A stretch of 64,000 nt of DNA, from assembly GCF_006345805.1 (NCBI RefSeq), contig NC_043013.1:56420001-56484000 (forward strand). The letters run 5' to 3'. Below the pieces are notes generated by a model. The model saw nothing but the letters and a program-made list of their open reading frames with translations. It was not told where the DNA came from and ran no database searches. Positions 51,469 to 64,000 of the stretch are shown piece after piece; position 1 is the stretch's first letter; the number at the start of each line of letters is the position of its first letter. This stretch comes from Octopus sinensis. Its lineage: Eukaryota. The position numbers were made by a program, and so were the translations under genes.

Positions 51469-53944
51469 TAGCTCTCTCTTTAGAAATGTCCTGAAAACTC
51501 CACACAGCCTTGGCTTTGTTGTCTCATTTTATTTAACATATACATACTCATACAAGACCCACATTAGACTCCTTACTCATATCATTATCAAACTGAGAGT
51601 TTAACTATGATCCTTCCATAGCACTTACATAGCCTTACCTACCACTTTGGGTCTTCTAGATACCAATAACTCTCATTATACACACATAGATACATACATA
51701 CATATATAGTCCAACCCATGCTAGCATGGAAAACGGACGCTAAATGATGATGATGATATATATATATATATATATGGATAGATAGATAGATATATAATGA
51801 TCTATATATATATATATGGATAGATAGATATAAAATGATCTATATATATATGTATACAATAAATTTTATATAAGTTATATAAATATATTTATATATACTA
51901 GGGTACTACATAAGCACCTGCTTCACTAAAAATAGAAGTCAAACACTTCTAAGCCATAGAAGAATCACAAAATTAATACAGGTATGATAAGAAAAAAAAT
52001 GTGTGTGTGTGTGTGTGTGGTGTGTGTGTGTGTTGTGTGTGTGTGTGTGTGTGTGTATGTAGATACATACATAAAGATGTAATAAACATCAGACATGTTT
52101 TTCTCCAACCAGAAAATATAGGAGCAGCAGAAATACATCACCAGCTTTTTCTCTTGAAGTCAACTAAAGCAATCACTTTGTTGGGAACCATTCTGTATCA
52201 TTGTCTGGTGACTGGGAGTCATGAGTATTTCCTCCCCTTCCACTGTATGCTTTGCCTGTATGAACCCATGTACATACACGATAGACTCTCTTGTTGCTTT
52301 CACTTTATGAGAGTACACCCACCCACTCATTCCATTAGCTAATGTTTGTGACTCCACTGACCTATGAAACCAGCTTTAGATTTACAAACAAAACCATTGT
52401 TGTTACAAATAACAGCTGTTTCCATCATATCATAAGCTAATCAGTATTTTAAACCATTTGATCACATCCCACCTGAGAATACCTTTGGTTCACAGAGGAA
52501 AAAAAAAAAAAAAAACAATTAATACAATTTTGTATTTCTGAGATGAGTAATTTTTATATTGTATAAGAGTCAGAGAGTTGTTCTCATTTGGGAATGGTGT
52601 CCTCACCTGGGAGTGGTGTCCTCATCTGCATATGGTGTCCTTATCACTGAATAATATGAAGAAAACAGTTGTTTTAAAACATTTATATTTAAATATACAA
52701 CTTTGATCTTAATTTTAAATGTAAGAATACGTGTTATGTTCTAATCACATGCTAATTATAGAATATAGACCACCCAATTCTAGCTCTTGTGAACATTTGA
52801 TTGCAACTAGAGAAAAGAAAAGATGAATTTCATTGTGGAACTAACTTATGATGTTGGGGAAGAAGACTTTGATAAAGTATTATTGTATTTCTAATCCATC
52901 AATGACCTTCTCTAGGGAAATATAATGTGTCTAAAGTGTTAATGCTTTAGCATTCAGATTTCCCTGTCAAATATAAGGCTTGTTTATTCTTATTCCTTTG
53001 AATTACTCATGCCCAACCTTTTTGTCTTAAGATTTCGATGATGAAATTGTTTAATTTTACAATGGTGCTTTTTATGTGCCACCGGCATGAACGCTAGTTA
53101 GCCACTCTGGCAACGATTACGCTCGGATGGTGCTCAAAGTGCTCCACTAGCACGGATGCCAATCATCGAATTTGATTTCGATTTCACTTGCCTCAATAGG
53201 TCTTTGCAAGCAGTGTCCATTGAAGGGAAAGTAAGCATAAGTGGGCTGGTTACACCTCTGGCTTCGAACTCAGAATGTAAAATCAGAAGAAATGCTGCTA
53301 AGCAATTTTTTTTCCTTTGCTCAGGAATGATTCTGCTAGCTTGTGGCCTTAAATATTTCTTATATCAAATTGTGATGAAAGGTTTCATTTTAAAGACAAG
53401 CTTTTATAAAATGGTCAGTCTTGTATCATGGAACCAGAGTCAAGATCAAGAAGAGTTAAACACCAATATCCATATCAGAATTTCAAAAGACATCTTCGAA
53501 TGTACAAACATCTTCCATGAACATCTTTGAGACATACGAACATCTTCTGTGAACATGTCAAACATATTTTGACTTAGAGCTGTTGGAGTCATTCCATCAT
53601 TTCTTTGTAACTCATAAAAGATGTAACACCTCAAGTTCACCTTACTTCATTCTTTGTCTCTCAATATATATTCTGATGCAGGTGCCAGGAGCAAAAGACT
53701 AAGTCCTGGGATGGACTTTATACACACTAATCCACAGACATTTCATGTATCAATCCTGCCTTATATACTCTACTTATCCACATAAATTTCCCAGATCATT
53801 GACACCTTATGTTCTGTACATGGAGAGGATAGATGGCCAAAAGGCTAATTCATAAGCAACTGGGTATATATGAATATGCGTGAGTGTGTATGTTAAGTGT
53901 ATATATTTCTGTTCCCTTCATTGGTGCTTCTAACCATTGGACAG

Positions 53945-54560
53945 CAGTCAGTCAGGAAAAAGGCACCAACATTGAAGAGGAAGATGTAATGGCAGCCATA
54001 AACGAAATGAATTCAAATTCGGCAACTGGCCCCAATGGTTTCCCAGTTGTCCTCCTAAAGTCATGTAAACAAGAATTAGCGGGACCACTCCAGATACTCT
54101 TCCAGAGTTTCTTTGCAAGAGGTAAACTTCCCAAAAAGATGAAGCAAGTCATCATATGTCCTATCCATAAAGGTGGAAGCAGAGCAGAGGCTGGGAGCTA
54201 CAAGCCCATCTCTCTGACTTCACATTTTAGCAAAGTCACGGAATGAATTGTCAGAAGAAAATGATTTGCTGAATGAGACCCAGCATGGCTTCCTTCCACG
54301 TAGAAGCTGCCCCACGCAGCTCTTGCAGCATTATGACTGGGTCCTGAGGCAGCTACTTGACCATTCAAATGGTGATGTGATATATCTGGACTTTGCAAAG
54401 GCCCTTGACAAAGTTGATCATGGCATGATATGTCACAAGCAGCAAAACCTTGGCACGGCTGCTAAATTAGGGGAGTGGCTGCATGACTTCCCGAATGGTA
54501 CAAGTCAGACAGTTGCAGCCAGGGGAGAATTATCTAGGGAAATGCAAATATTTGGTCAGT
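53945..54560 (+). mobile_element. CR1/Jockey-group LINE RT N-terminal fragment
   Basis: SATGPNGFP...YKPISLTS and QHGFLPRRSC...IYLDFAKALDKVDH. Confidence 0.9.
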
Positions 54561-55249
54561 GAGTCATTTGTTCAGAACTAATTCACCTGTTTCTAGACAT
54601 CACACTTAATCTATTGTTTTCTTTTACCATGGGTTAATAGTATTGACATCCGTAAAGGAATTTAATATCCCACAACATCCTTATGGTCAGCAGCAAGCCT
54701 TTGAAGTTTTCCTACATTTTGCAAATGATGCAAATATACAAGCCAAAAGCTGCTATGATATTGCTAATTGTTTTAAACCTAAAGTGTCAAAGTTTATCTA
54801 ATTAATTATGAGCGATTCACCTGTGTACAAAACAGTTAACAGAAATAGCGAGAACTGGTAATCATGGATTATAAATAAATAAACTGTAACTGGTAAGACT
54901 AAGAGTGAATAACATTTCTAAATCATTGAGCAAAGTATTATTGGTGCAGCTGCAATAATAAGGCTGAGATATGATTCTTAGATAGGACTGGAGAGTAAAG
55001 TACACAAAGTACTAAAGGAGGAAGATAAAACAAAAACGAAATCAAATAAAAACAAAGCTAAACAAAAGTAACCAAATAAAAATAGAAAGAAAAGTAAAAA
55101 ATAAAGATAAAAATAAATGCACCAGCTGTGAGTCTATAATAATTTGATAAATGAATATAACCCATTATTTCTGTCTATTTTTACGTATATATCTATACAC
55201 ACACACATGCATACACATATATATATATATATAGAGAGAGAGACAGAGT

Positions 55250-55409
55250 CACAGGAGTGGCTGTGTGGTAAGAAGCTTGCTTCCTAACCACATGGTTCCA
55301 GGTTCAGTCCCACTGTGTGACACATTGGGCAAGTATCTTCTGCTATAGCCTCAGGCTTACCAAAGACCTGTGAGTGGACTTGTTAGATGGAAACTGGAAG
55401 AAGCCCTAT

Positions 55410-55458
<49 letters not shown>

Positions 55459-55680
55459 ATGGGCTTCTTTCAGTTTCTGTCTACCAAATATATGTATATA
55501 TTAGTGTATGTGTTTGTCCCCCTTCCATCGCTGGACAACCGATGTTGGTGTGTTTAAGTCCCCATAGCTTAGCAGTTTGGCAAAAGAGACCAATAGAATT
55601 AGTCCTTGGATCAATTTGTTTGACTAAAGTGTGTGCTCCAGCATGGTGACAATTAAATGACTGAAACAAGTAAAATAATA
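55250..55680 (+). mobile_element. SINE family A, near complete
   Basis: Aligns with 8591-9008. Confidence 0.85.
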
Positions 55681-55789
55681 AAAGAACATATATCCATACA
55701 TATATATGTATATATACGCTTACACACAAATATGTATACATATATTTGTGTACGTGTGCATATGTGTATACATACATATAGATATCAAC

Positions 55790-55985
55790 ATCATCATCGT
55801 TTAAGGCCCATGTTCCATGCCAGCATGGGTTGAATGGTTTGACTGGATCCAATGTATCAAAGCACTGTTTCATGCTACAGGGTCTGCTTCAGCCCCATCT
55901 CAACAGCTGGGGGCCCTTCTTTCTAATGCCAACCCCTTTACAGTGTGGACTGAATACCATTTTTTTTTTATGCCACCTGCACTAC
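55790..55985 (-). mobile_element. RTE-derived 3' tail
   Basis: Reverse complement resembles 10050-10238. Confidence 0.65.
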
Positions 55986-56927
55986 TGAAGTTCTACTGCA
56001 GCTTGCAGACTACAAACCCTAGGGGTTGGGGTCAGCTTCATGATTGTTGATGAGGGGAAGGAACTATAAGACGTGGGGCGGGGGCTGAAATGTGGGTTTT
56101 TGTAGAGATTGACATGGCTTCTCACATCTAAAGAAGGAGCACAAGAGAAAGTACAAATAAAGAGAAGAGCTGCAAGAGAATATATAATGTGGATGCATTG
56201 CATTGGTGGCCCACAAGGTACAGGGTGAGTTGAAGAACTGGTTTTCAGGCTTGCATGTGGGGGGGATGTAGAATAAGGGGATAGGTGGGGGGGGGCAGAT
56301 TGCCAGAATGAGTAGGGTTGAAGGGTGGATGAGCAAGGAGCCATGAGTTGGGGGATACAGAGGGTTGCAGAAGAGTGTAGGGTGAGGTGGGCAAGCAGCA
56401 GGAGTAGTAAATATGATACAGTAATCAGAAAGAGAGAGAGAGAGATGATATGGTCAGTAGGCTGCAGGAGCGTGATGGGGAGAAGAGGCAGGTGTAATAA
56501 TGCTTGGGAGGGGAATATGATATTTCTATTATATATTTGTATGTTGAGAGTATGAAAGCTGTGAGGTTTATGAATAAATATTTCTACAGACAATAATAAG
56601 TCTCTGAGCGAGGTATAAACTTTACGATATTTCTACAGAGTTATCCATAAATGCTAAATAAACATGCATTTAGTCCCATTGCTTAAGTGGTTTCCTTTGT
56701 TAACCAACAAAACTTGCAACAGCTTGGAATGAGAATCAAGGGTACAGTTTCATTTTTCATTAAAAACTCATCAGTGATGACTCACTGATGTCTTCTAAAC
56801 AGAGAGAAGAAAATAGAGTACAGCTACCTGCAAAAACGTTAATGAGATTATGTTAGGTGTAATGTAATTTGCCTAATGGTTCAAGATAGATCACAGGACA
56901 CTAAGAAGTGGAGCAACAATACAACAA

Positions 56928-57135
56928 TACATTATTTACATTTGACGGATATTTGTCCTCATCTTGTTTCTTGTTAACACAACATTTCAGCTGTTATACC
57001 GTCCAGCCTTCATCAGGTGTCTTGGGGAAATGAAGACTGGAGGGTATATCAGCCGAAACGTTGTGTTAACAACAAACAAGAAGAGGACAAATATCCGTCT
57101 AATGTAAATAATGTAAATAATTCCTCATCTCTTAA
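56928..57135. mobile_element. Penelope-type fold-back mini-element, 85-bp arms
   Basis: 56928-57012 versus 57031-57115 in inverted orientation, 18-bp spacer. Confidence 0.75.
56976..57021 (-). ncRNA. minimal type I hammerhead with loopless stem III
   Basis: GACAC-CTGATGA-A-GGCTG gacggtataa CAGCT-GAAAT-GTT-GTGTT. Confidence 0.6.
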
Positions 57136-57271
57136 ATATAGAACAATGCAACAATAGTTATGAATAATTATGCTTCAAGTCATAATAGTACCGGGCAAAG
57201 AATCTTATAAATTTATGTACATTTTGGTTAGCCTGAAATAATCTTCATTTCTTTTTAGTAGTTCTACTTTA

Positions 57272-58524
57272 TGAAGGTGGGCTGAAAAGTTCTTAGGCTG
57301 ACTATGAAAAAGGGAAACTTGAGCTGTAAAATATGGCATTCACTAAATCCAACACCTCTTATTAATACCTGGATTATTTCTTTCCAGGTAAGCTGACATC
57401 TGACTGCTCAAAGAAGACTCCAAAAGTAACTAGTAATGACTTCTGAAAATGAACTAATTTGGCATCAGTGTCGTCAATTCCTTGCTGAGAAAGGACATTC
57501 ATGCTGACCTGACTGTTACATCAAAGGATGATGCTCCAGCTTTATCAACAGTGCAACAATAGGAAGCTGAATTTATGAGGGGGATGAAGAGTCTTGAAGA
57601 TGACTAGGGTCTGGACATTCTGCAACTGCCACCACCGACGAAAACATTGATCATGTTCAACACATGCTGATGGATGACTGGTGGTTGACTATAAATCAAA
57701 TGGCCAATGCTATTAGCTTACCCTGAGAGAGAGAGAGTTGAGAATATTCTACACAATGAACTTGGCATTTCAAAGTTTTCTGGTTGGTGGATGCTACATT
57801 TTCTGACACCTAATCAAAAGTGCATCACATCATAGGATTGTTTGAGGTAGACCCAGCTGGTTACCTTGATCATTTCCTAACCCAGGGTGAGTGTTAGGTT
57901 TATCGCTTTGAGCCAGAGACAAAGAGACAATCTACACAATGGAAACATTCCTCCACACCTGCTGCAAAGAAGGTTTCATTTACAAGGAAGGTGATGGTTT
58001 CAGTTTTGGGAATACGAAAGTTATTGCGTTTATTGATTATCTTCAAAGGAGTCACATCATCAATGGAGAGTCTCATGCCAACTTGCTGAAGCAGTTACGA
58101 AAGGCTATCAAGAACAAACAACCAGGAAAACTAACAAAACGGGTCTTGTTTGATCAGGACAATGCTCCAAAACACAAGTCCTTAGATTCAAGCACCAATG
58201 TATATGTCTGAGGCTTTGAATTGATTGATCACCTCCCTATTCTTCTGATTTGGTTCCATCTGACTATCATCTGTTCCCCAATATGATAAAAAAAACACTT
58301 GGATGAGAACCAGTGTCACAGGGATAATGAAAGCATATCTGCTGTTAACGACTTTTTTAACCAGCAAGATGATAGCATCTTCACCAATGGGATCCAAGCA
58401 CTGCAAGGGGCCGATGGAAGGAGAATGTTGATTGCAAGGAGAACTATGTTGAAAAATAAACTCCATTTGGTCAGATTCCAGGAGAGTATCTTGGTCAAGC
58501 TACAAACTTTTCAGCTGACCCTCA
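57272..58524 (+). mobile_element. older full-length mariner of a second subfamily, 1253 bp, heavily decayed
   Basis: TIRs TGAAGGTGGGCTGAAAAGTT / AACTTTTCAGCTGACCCTCA with flanking TA; ORF 57939..58211 (LLKQLRKAIKNKQPGKL...DQDNAPKH). Confidence 0.85.
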
Positions 58525-60149
58525 TAGCTTGGATGACATCACTTGGTGATCACTTAAGAACTTTTAATGGTTTCTAATTTAGGAACAAGGCAAACCATTT
58601 AGGTAGAGAGGATGGCATTCAATACTATTAACCTCATTGATATTCTATTTGATATTCGACCTTAGAAGATGAAGTTCTATGTTGAACTTGGAATGTAGAG
58701 ATCTAAAAGAAATACTATAAGACATTTTGTCTGGTTCTGTAATGATTCTGTCCATACTCATTCCTAACTGATGAGACTTTAATGAAAGGTGAAACTAGTC
58801 AGCCAATGATTATTCCAAGCTGCTGAAAATCCAGTGTTTTTTCCAAGAGAACTTCTTTCATTGGGAGACTAGATACATCTTTATTAAATATAAATTGAAA
58901 TCTAAAGATATAACTCTGTACATGTGTGTGTGTGTGCATGATTGTGTATGTTTATATACAAATATGTGTGAGAGTATATATATATATATGAATATGAGCA
59001 TATATGTATAGCTATATATATATACAAATACTCATACATATTCATGTCTATATAATCTAAAAATATGTGTGTGTCTATATTTATATATATATTCACAAAC
59101 ATAGACATATTAAGCTGTAGATAAATAGATATACATACACATACCTACACACGCCCGTATTTTATGTATATTTGTGAATGCAATTTTCCGTAATTTGTGT
59201 TACACTCAGAGGCATCTGTGAGCATGGGTGGTGAGATGTTTTTTATTGGATCAACAGATTCTACAGATGAATTCTCTTCTTATTAATAATCACTCAGCCA
59301 TGAAAGAGAAGAGGAACAGATTTGATTCCAGTCAGTGGAAGCGGAAGGAAGATTCATGGTTATAATAACAGCATTTCAGTAAGGTACAGGTTATCATTAG
59401 CGTACTGTATTCAACTCATAAGCATTTACTTTGTGCGTGTATAAGATAGAGAGAAAAACAGAGAAGAACAGAAAAAGAATGGAGGGGGAAAGCAAGAGAG
59501 AGGGAGCATATCTATATACATATGAGTATAGGCCTGGCTGAAGTAATATCAAACTTTGCTTCACATTCATGAGATTTTGGGTTCAGTTCAACTGTGCAGT
59601 TTCCCAGGCAAATGTTTCTCACTGCAGCCTGTTATATTTTGCCAATGTAACATCTCAAAGAGATTCCTGTGATAAGAAACACAGAATTTCAATTGCAGAT
59701 CCACAGACCCAGAGTTTTAACATTGTTTCATCTCCTCCAACCTATACCAGAAATCGATTCTCAATACTGGAAACCCCTACAGGGCTGTACCTCACTTCTG
59801 TACCAAAACACTTGCATACCTTCGTCCCTCCTCCTCTGCCACCAACAAGTCCCTAAACTACTGCATGCACCAAATGGTGATAGGTTACATTGGAAATTAT
59901 TAGTAAATTAACAAGCCATCTTCCTCTTTCTCCCTATACATAATGGACTAACCAATAGCTGATCATTTATATAAATAATCAATTTATACATTGACCTATT
60001 TCTGTTTGCAGTAGTAATGCTTATATTTACAATGCTACTCACTACCAATAGGGACAACAATTTTAACATATTTGAATGATGATAAGTTAAAGTGAAACCA
60101 ACTGATGTGACATATCTGTTACCAAGCGATCACTGAAACCTTCTTTTCA

Positions 60150-62550
60150 AGTGTCCAATACCATCTATCCTGCTTGTGTTGCCTCCCGCACCCCTCACCC
60201 AGTTCTCAGAGTTGGCACTGTCAATGTAGGGACATTAAAAAGCAGGTCTAGCGAGAGTGTTGAGTTGCTTGAATGGAGGTGTGTTGATGTATGCTGCATC
60301 CAAGAGGTAAGGAGGAGAGGAGCTTCAGCCAGGTTCCTCACAGGCAAGATACATAGGTATAAAAATCTTCTGGGAAAGTAACAGTGATGGAGTAGGTGGT
60401 GTGGTCATACTTTTTGCAGAGAAATGGGTGGATAAGGTCGTAGAGGTAGACAAAGTGAGGAATAGAGTACTTAAGTTCAAGCTAGTCTTGCAGAATAGCA
60501 TAGTATAATTATCTCTGCCTATGCTCCACAGAAGGCCTACCAAATGAACAGAAGGACCATTTTTATGATATTCTTCTGCAGGCTACATCTGAGATGAATG
60601 ACAAGGATCTCATCTTTGTGGTTGAGGACTTCAATGGGCATCTTGGATGGCAGCCCAGTATTTTCCATGGTGTACATGGGGGACAAGGAATTGGTTCTGC
60701 AGCAGCAACTTCTGTAAGCTGACCAGCCACCTGGTAACCTACCAATCAGGTGGCTACATTAGTCAGATCAATTACATTCACAGCAGGCAGCAGGATGCAT
60801 GGTTGCTCTTAACTGCAAAGCCCCTCCCTGGTGAAGAATATATCCACCAGCATAGACTAGTCATTAGTGATTTTAGACTCCAGGACAGAAGAATGCCAAG
60901 AAGTAGACCAATCTAGAAAAGAAGGATGTGAAAGCTTAAGGACTCTTCATGAGATTTAGGGACCTCCTAATTGATAAATTTTATGAGAAGGAGGGTGAGC
61001 TACAAACTTGTGGCATAGAGGGAAACAAGGAATTCCTACGGAACAGGTTGCTGAGTGCCACAGACTAAGTCTGGGGTTGGTGCAAACTCCCAAAAGACCT
61101 AAGTGACGTGGTGGTAGAACGATGTGGTAGACAGGGCCATTAGAGCAAAGAAATGGGCCTGGAAGAGTTGGGATAGCAGGGAACTGTATCAGATAGCCAG
61201 AAGTGAAGCTAGGAGACAGGTGTAATCTATCCAAGAGGGAAGCTGAAAAGAAGTTTGCCTCTGTTCAGTGACATGAGAGCCAAAAAAGTGAAGTGTTTCG
61301 GATTGCAAGACTGTGTGTGATAGAAAATTATGATGTCAAAGGAGAGAAATGTGTTTGCATGGATGATGGTGTACTTTCGTTTAATGATTCTGCCAAGAAA
61401 GAGGCTTGGAGATGCCATTATGAAAGACTGCTGAATGTGGAGAATGTATCCGAAGAGGAAAGTCTGCTACATGTTGACTCAACTGAGAGACCAGCTATCC
61501 GAATTGACAGTACCCAGACAGATAAAGCAGTTAAGGATATGAAGACAGGGAAAGCCCCTGGTCCATCAGGAATCTCTGCTGAGATGCTTAAAATATCTGG
61601 TGTGGGTTATGGTCTAGTCACACCATAAATCAGGTGGTTCATGAAGGAGTCATACCCAATGACTGGTGTAGCAGCACCATAGTCAACTGCTACAAAAGTA
61701 AAGGTTATGACTTCGATGGAAATAATTATAGAGGTATCAAATTGTTGGATCAGGTAATGAAAGTCACGGAGAGGGTTATAGCCCAACTAATTAGGGAGAG
61801 AGTTAGTCTAATGAGATGCAGTTTGGTTTTGTGCCAGGGAGAAGCACCCCTGAGTTAAAGTAGCAAACAGCTACTGTGTGCAAACAGCTATGCTGCATGG
61901 CAGTGAAACATTGGCTATGACTGCTGAGGACATGCGTAGGCTGCAAAGAAATGAAACCAATATGCTTCACTGGATGTGCAATGTCAGTGTGCATGTTCAA
62001 CAGAGTGTAAGCATCTTGAGAGAAAGGCATAAGAGGAATCAGATATGGTGTGCAAGAGAGACGATTGCACTGATATGGTCATGGGATGGATATCGATGAG
62101 ACATCTATGTAAAGAAGTGCTGATCTCTTACTATGGAGGGAACCTGTGGTAGATGTAGATCCAGGAAGACATGGGACAAAGTGGTGAAGCATGATCTATG
62201 AACTTTGAGCCTCATGGAGACAAAGTGGCTGAGTTCCTTTCAAGTGTTGGGCCTCATGGAGGCAATGCCCGAGACCTTTGGCTTATGTCATGTTTGAGAA
62301 GAAGACCCATTAAGCCAAGCAAAATCACAGTCATGGAAGATACTGGCGTCACGCAAATGGCACCTGTGTGAGTGGAATGTAAAAGCACCCATTACATTCT
62401 TAGAATGGTTGGCATTAGGAAGGGCATCCAGCCATAGAAAACCAGGCCAAATCAGACTGGAGTCCGGTGCAGCCTTCCTGCTCACCAGCCTTGGTCAAAC
62501 CATCCATCCCATGCCAGCATGGAAAACAGACATTAAATGATGTTGATGAT
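60150..62550 (+). mobile_element. RTE LINE from the endonuclease N-terminus to the (GAT)n tail, RT core deleted
   Basis: LRVGTVNVGTL...VDVCCIQEVR; MKTGKAPGPSG; NYRGIKLL; junction near 61850 to AMLHGSE. Confidence 0.9.
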
Positions 62551-62680
62551 ATATATACACACACACTCATATATATACATACATATAAATATATGTGTGT
62601 GTATATATACACACACAGATACACACACACATATACATATATATATGTGTATGTGTGTGTGCATATATATATATATATAT

Positions 62681-63084
<404 letters not shown>

Positions 63085-64000
63085 TACATAGACACACATG
63101 CACACACACGTGCGCGTGCAGGGAAATGTATATATTTCTTAGAAGATTCCTAATATACCTTAATTGCTTCCCCCTTTTCTTCTTCTCTCTGTAAATTAAA
63201 GAGAAATTCCAAACCAAAACATGCATTGTTTTGTTTGGATCTTTTTGACACTTTTTCTGTTTTATTTCTTTTTATATTCTTTGTCTTGAAGTTTGCATCT
63301 GTTCCATTCTTTTTTTCTACACACCCAAACAGACATGGAATATCATGTTCAGCAATAATTCTTTCTTTGTAAATTCTTTGATATTGTCTTACTAATTATT
63401 AAATAATTTATTTGGTAATGAAAAACCAGTTAATTGTTTCTCCACATTCTTTTTCTTAAAACTGGGAAGATTTATTTCTTGATGCCATATTTTCTTTTCT
63501 TTTCTTTTTTTTTTGTTATCATCAGAGGCAGTTTATTTTTCCTGATAAATTGCAGAAATTCTTGATAAAAAGAAATATAAGGTACAATGCAATCTTTTAG
63601 ACAATGGTTTCTACAAGAATACTCAATGCATTACTTTCTTTACCATTTCTCTGCTATTCCTTGAAAAACCTTTTCCAATTAATTTTCTAATTAATTATCT
63701 TTTATCATTTTGTCCATTACTTTTAAGGCTTTTTTTTCATTTATTAAAGTTAGGCAGGTACAATCCATTGCCTGGTTTTAATGCCTTCACACAACCTTTG
63801 ATTCCTTTTACTACATTCCACTCTGTGACAAGTATTTGGACCGAATCTCTAATCTGGGGAGAATATCCTCCCTTCTGCTAGTCTTAGAGATTCTGACTAA
63901 AGGGTCATATGCAGTGCCCCTGTCAATGAACCATTATGTATAGTTTACAGCTAGCAATAATCAAATGCCAGATAACCCTCAATGGCAATGGTACTACGTC

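Larger units (their letters stand above)
51080..51690. mobile_element. Penelope-type fold-back element, about 160-bp inverted arms each with a hammerhead
   Basis: 51080-51240 versus 51378-51536 in inverted orientation, high identity. Confidence 0.8.

Noticed and set aside
55982-56593. 203-aa minus-strand ORF
   Set aside because: Low-complexity L/S/P/H composition from a purine-skewed tract; no recognisable motif.

Overview
AT-rich, repeat-saturated animal DNA, intergenic or deep intronic. The SINE, RTE and mariner repertoire suggests an octopus (cephalopod) genome; this is recognition, not a database result. I could not support any intact host protein-coding gene, rRNA, tRNA gene or CRISPR array. 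The window contains: several internally deleted RTE LINE copies; CR1/L2-type and R4/Dong-type LINE relics; a heavily decayed Ty3/Gypsy gag-pol (about 27.0-30.95 kb) interrupted by a CR1 fragment; two full-length but inactive mariner transposons with TIRs and TA duplications; a 5'-truncated Penelope-like element (PLE) with a GIY-YIG endonuclease frame; two tRNA-type SINE families; and many microsatellites. The main result of the hunt is a set of short non-coding elements from several sequence families. Most sit next to (TA)n tracts, most form fold-back inverted repeats, and they carry minimal type I hammerhead ribozyme motifs (CUGANGA / stem II / GAAAC / palindromic stem III / GUH), from apparently intact to decayed. 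A decayed copy of the motif lies in the tail of the GIY-YIG Penelope fragment, pointing to a PLE-driven, retrozyme-like system. Secondary observations are a 21-bp minisatellite encoding N-glycosylation sequons followed by TM1/TM2-like sequence (possible GPCR pseudogene) and several informative nested-insertion junctions. All coordinates and translations were read by eye and need computational confirmation.
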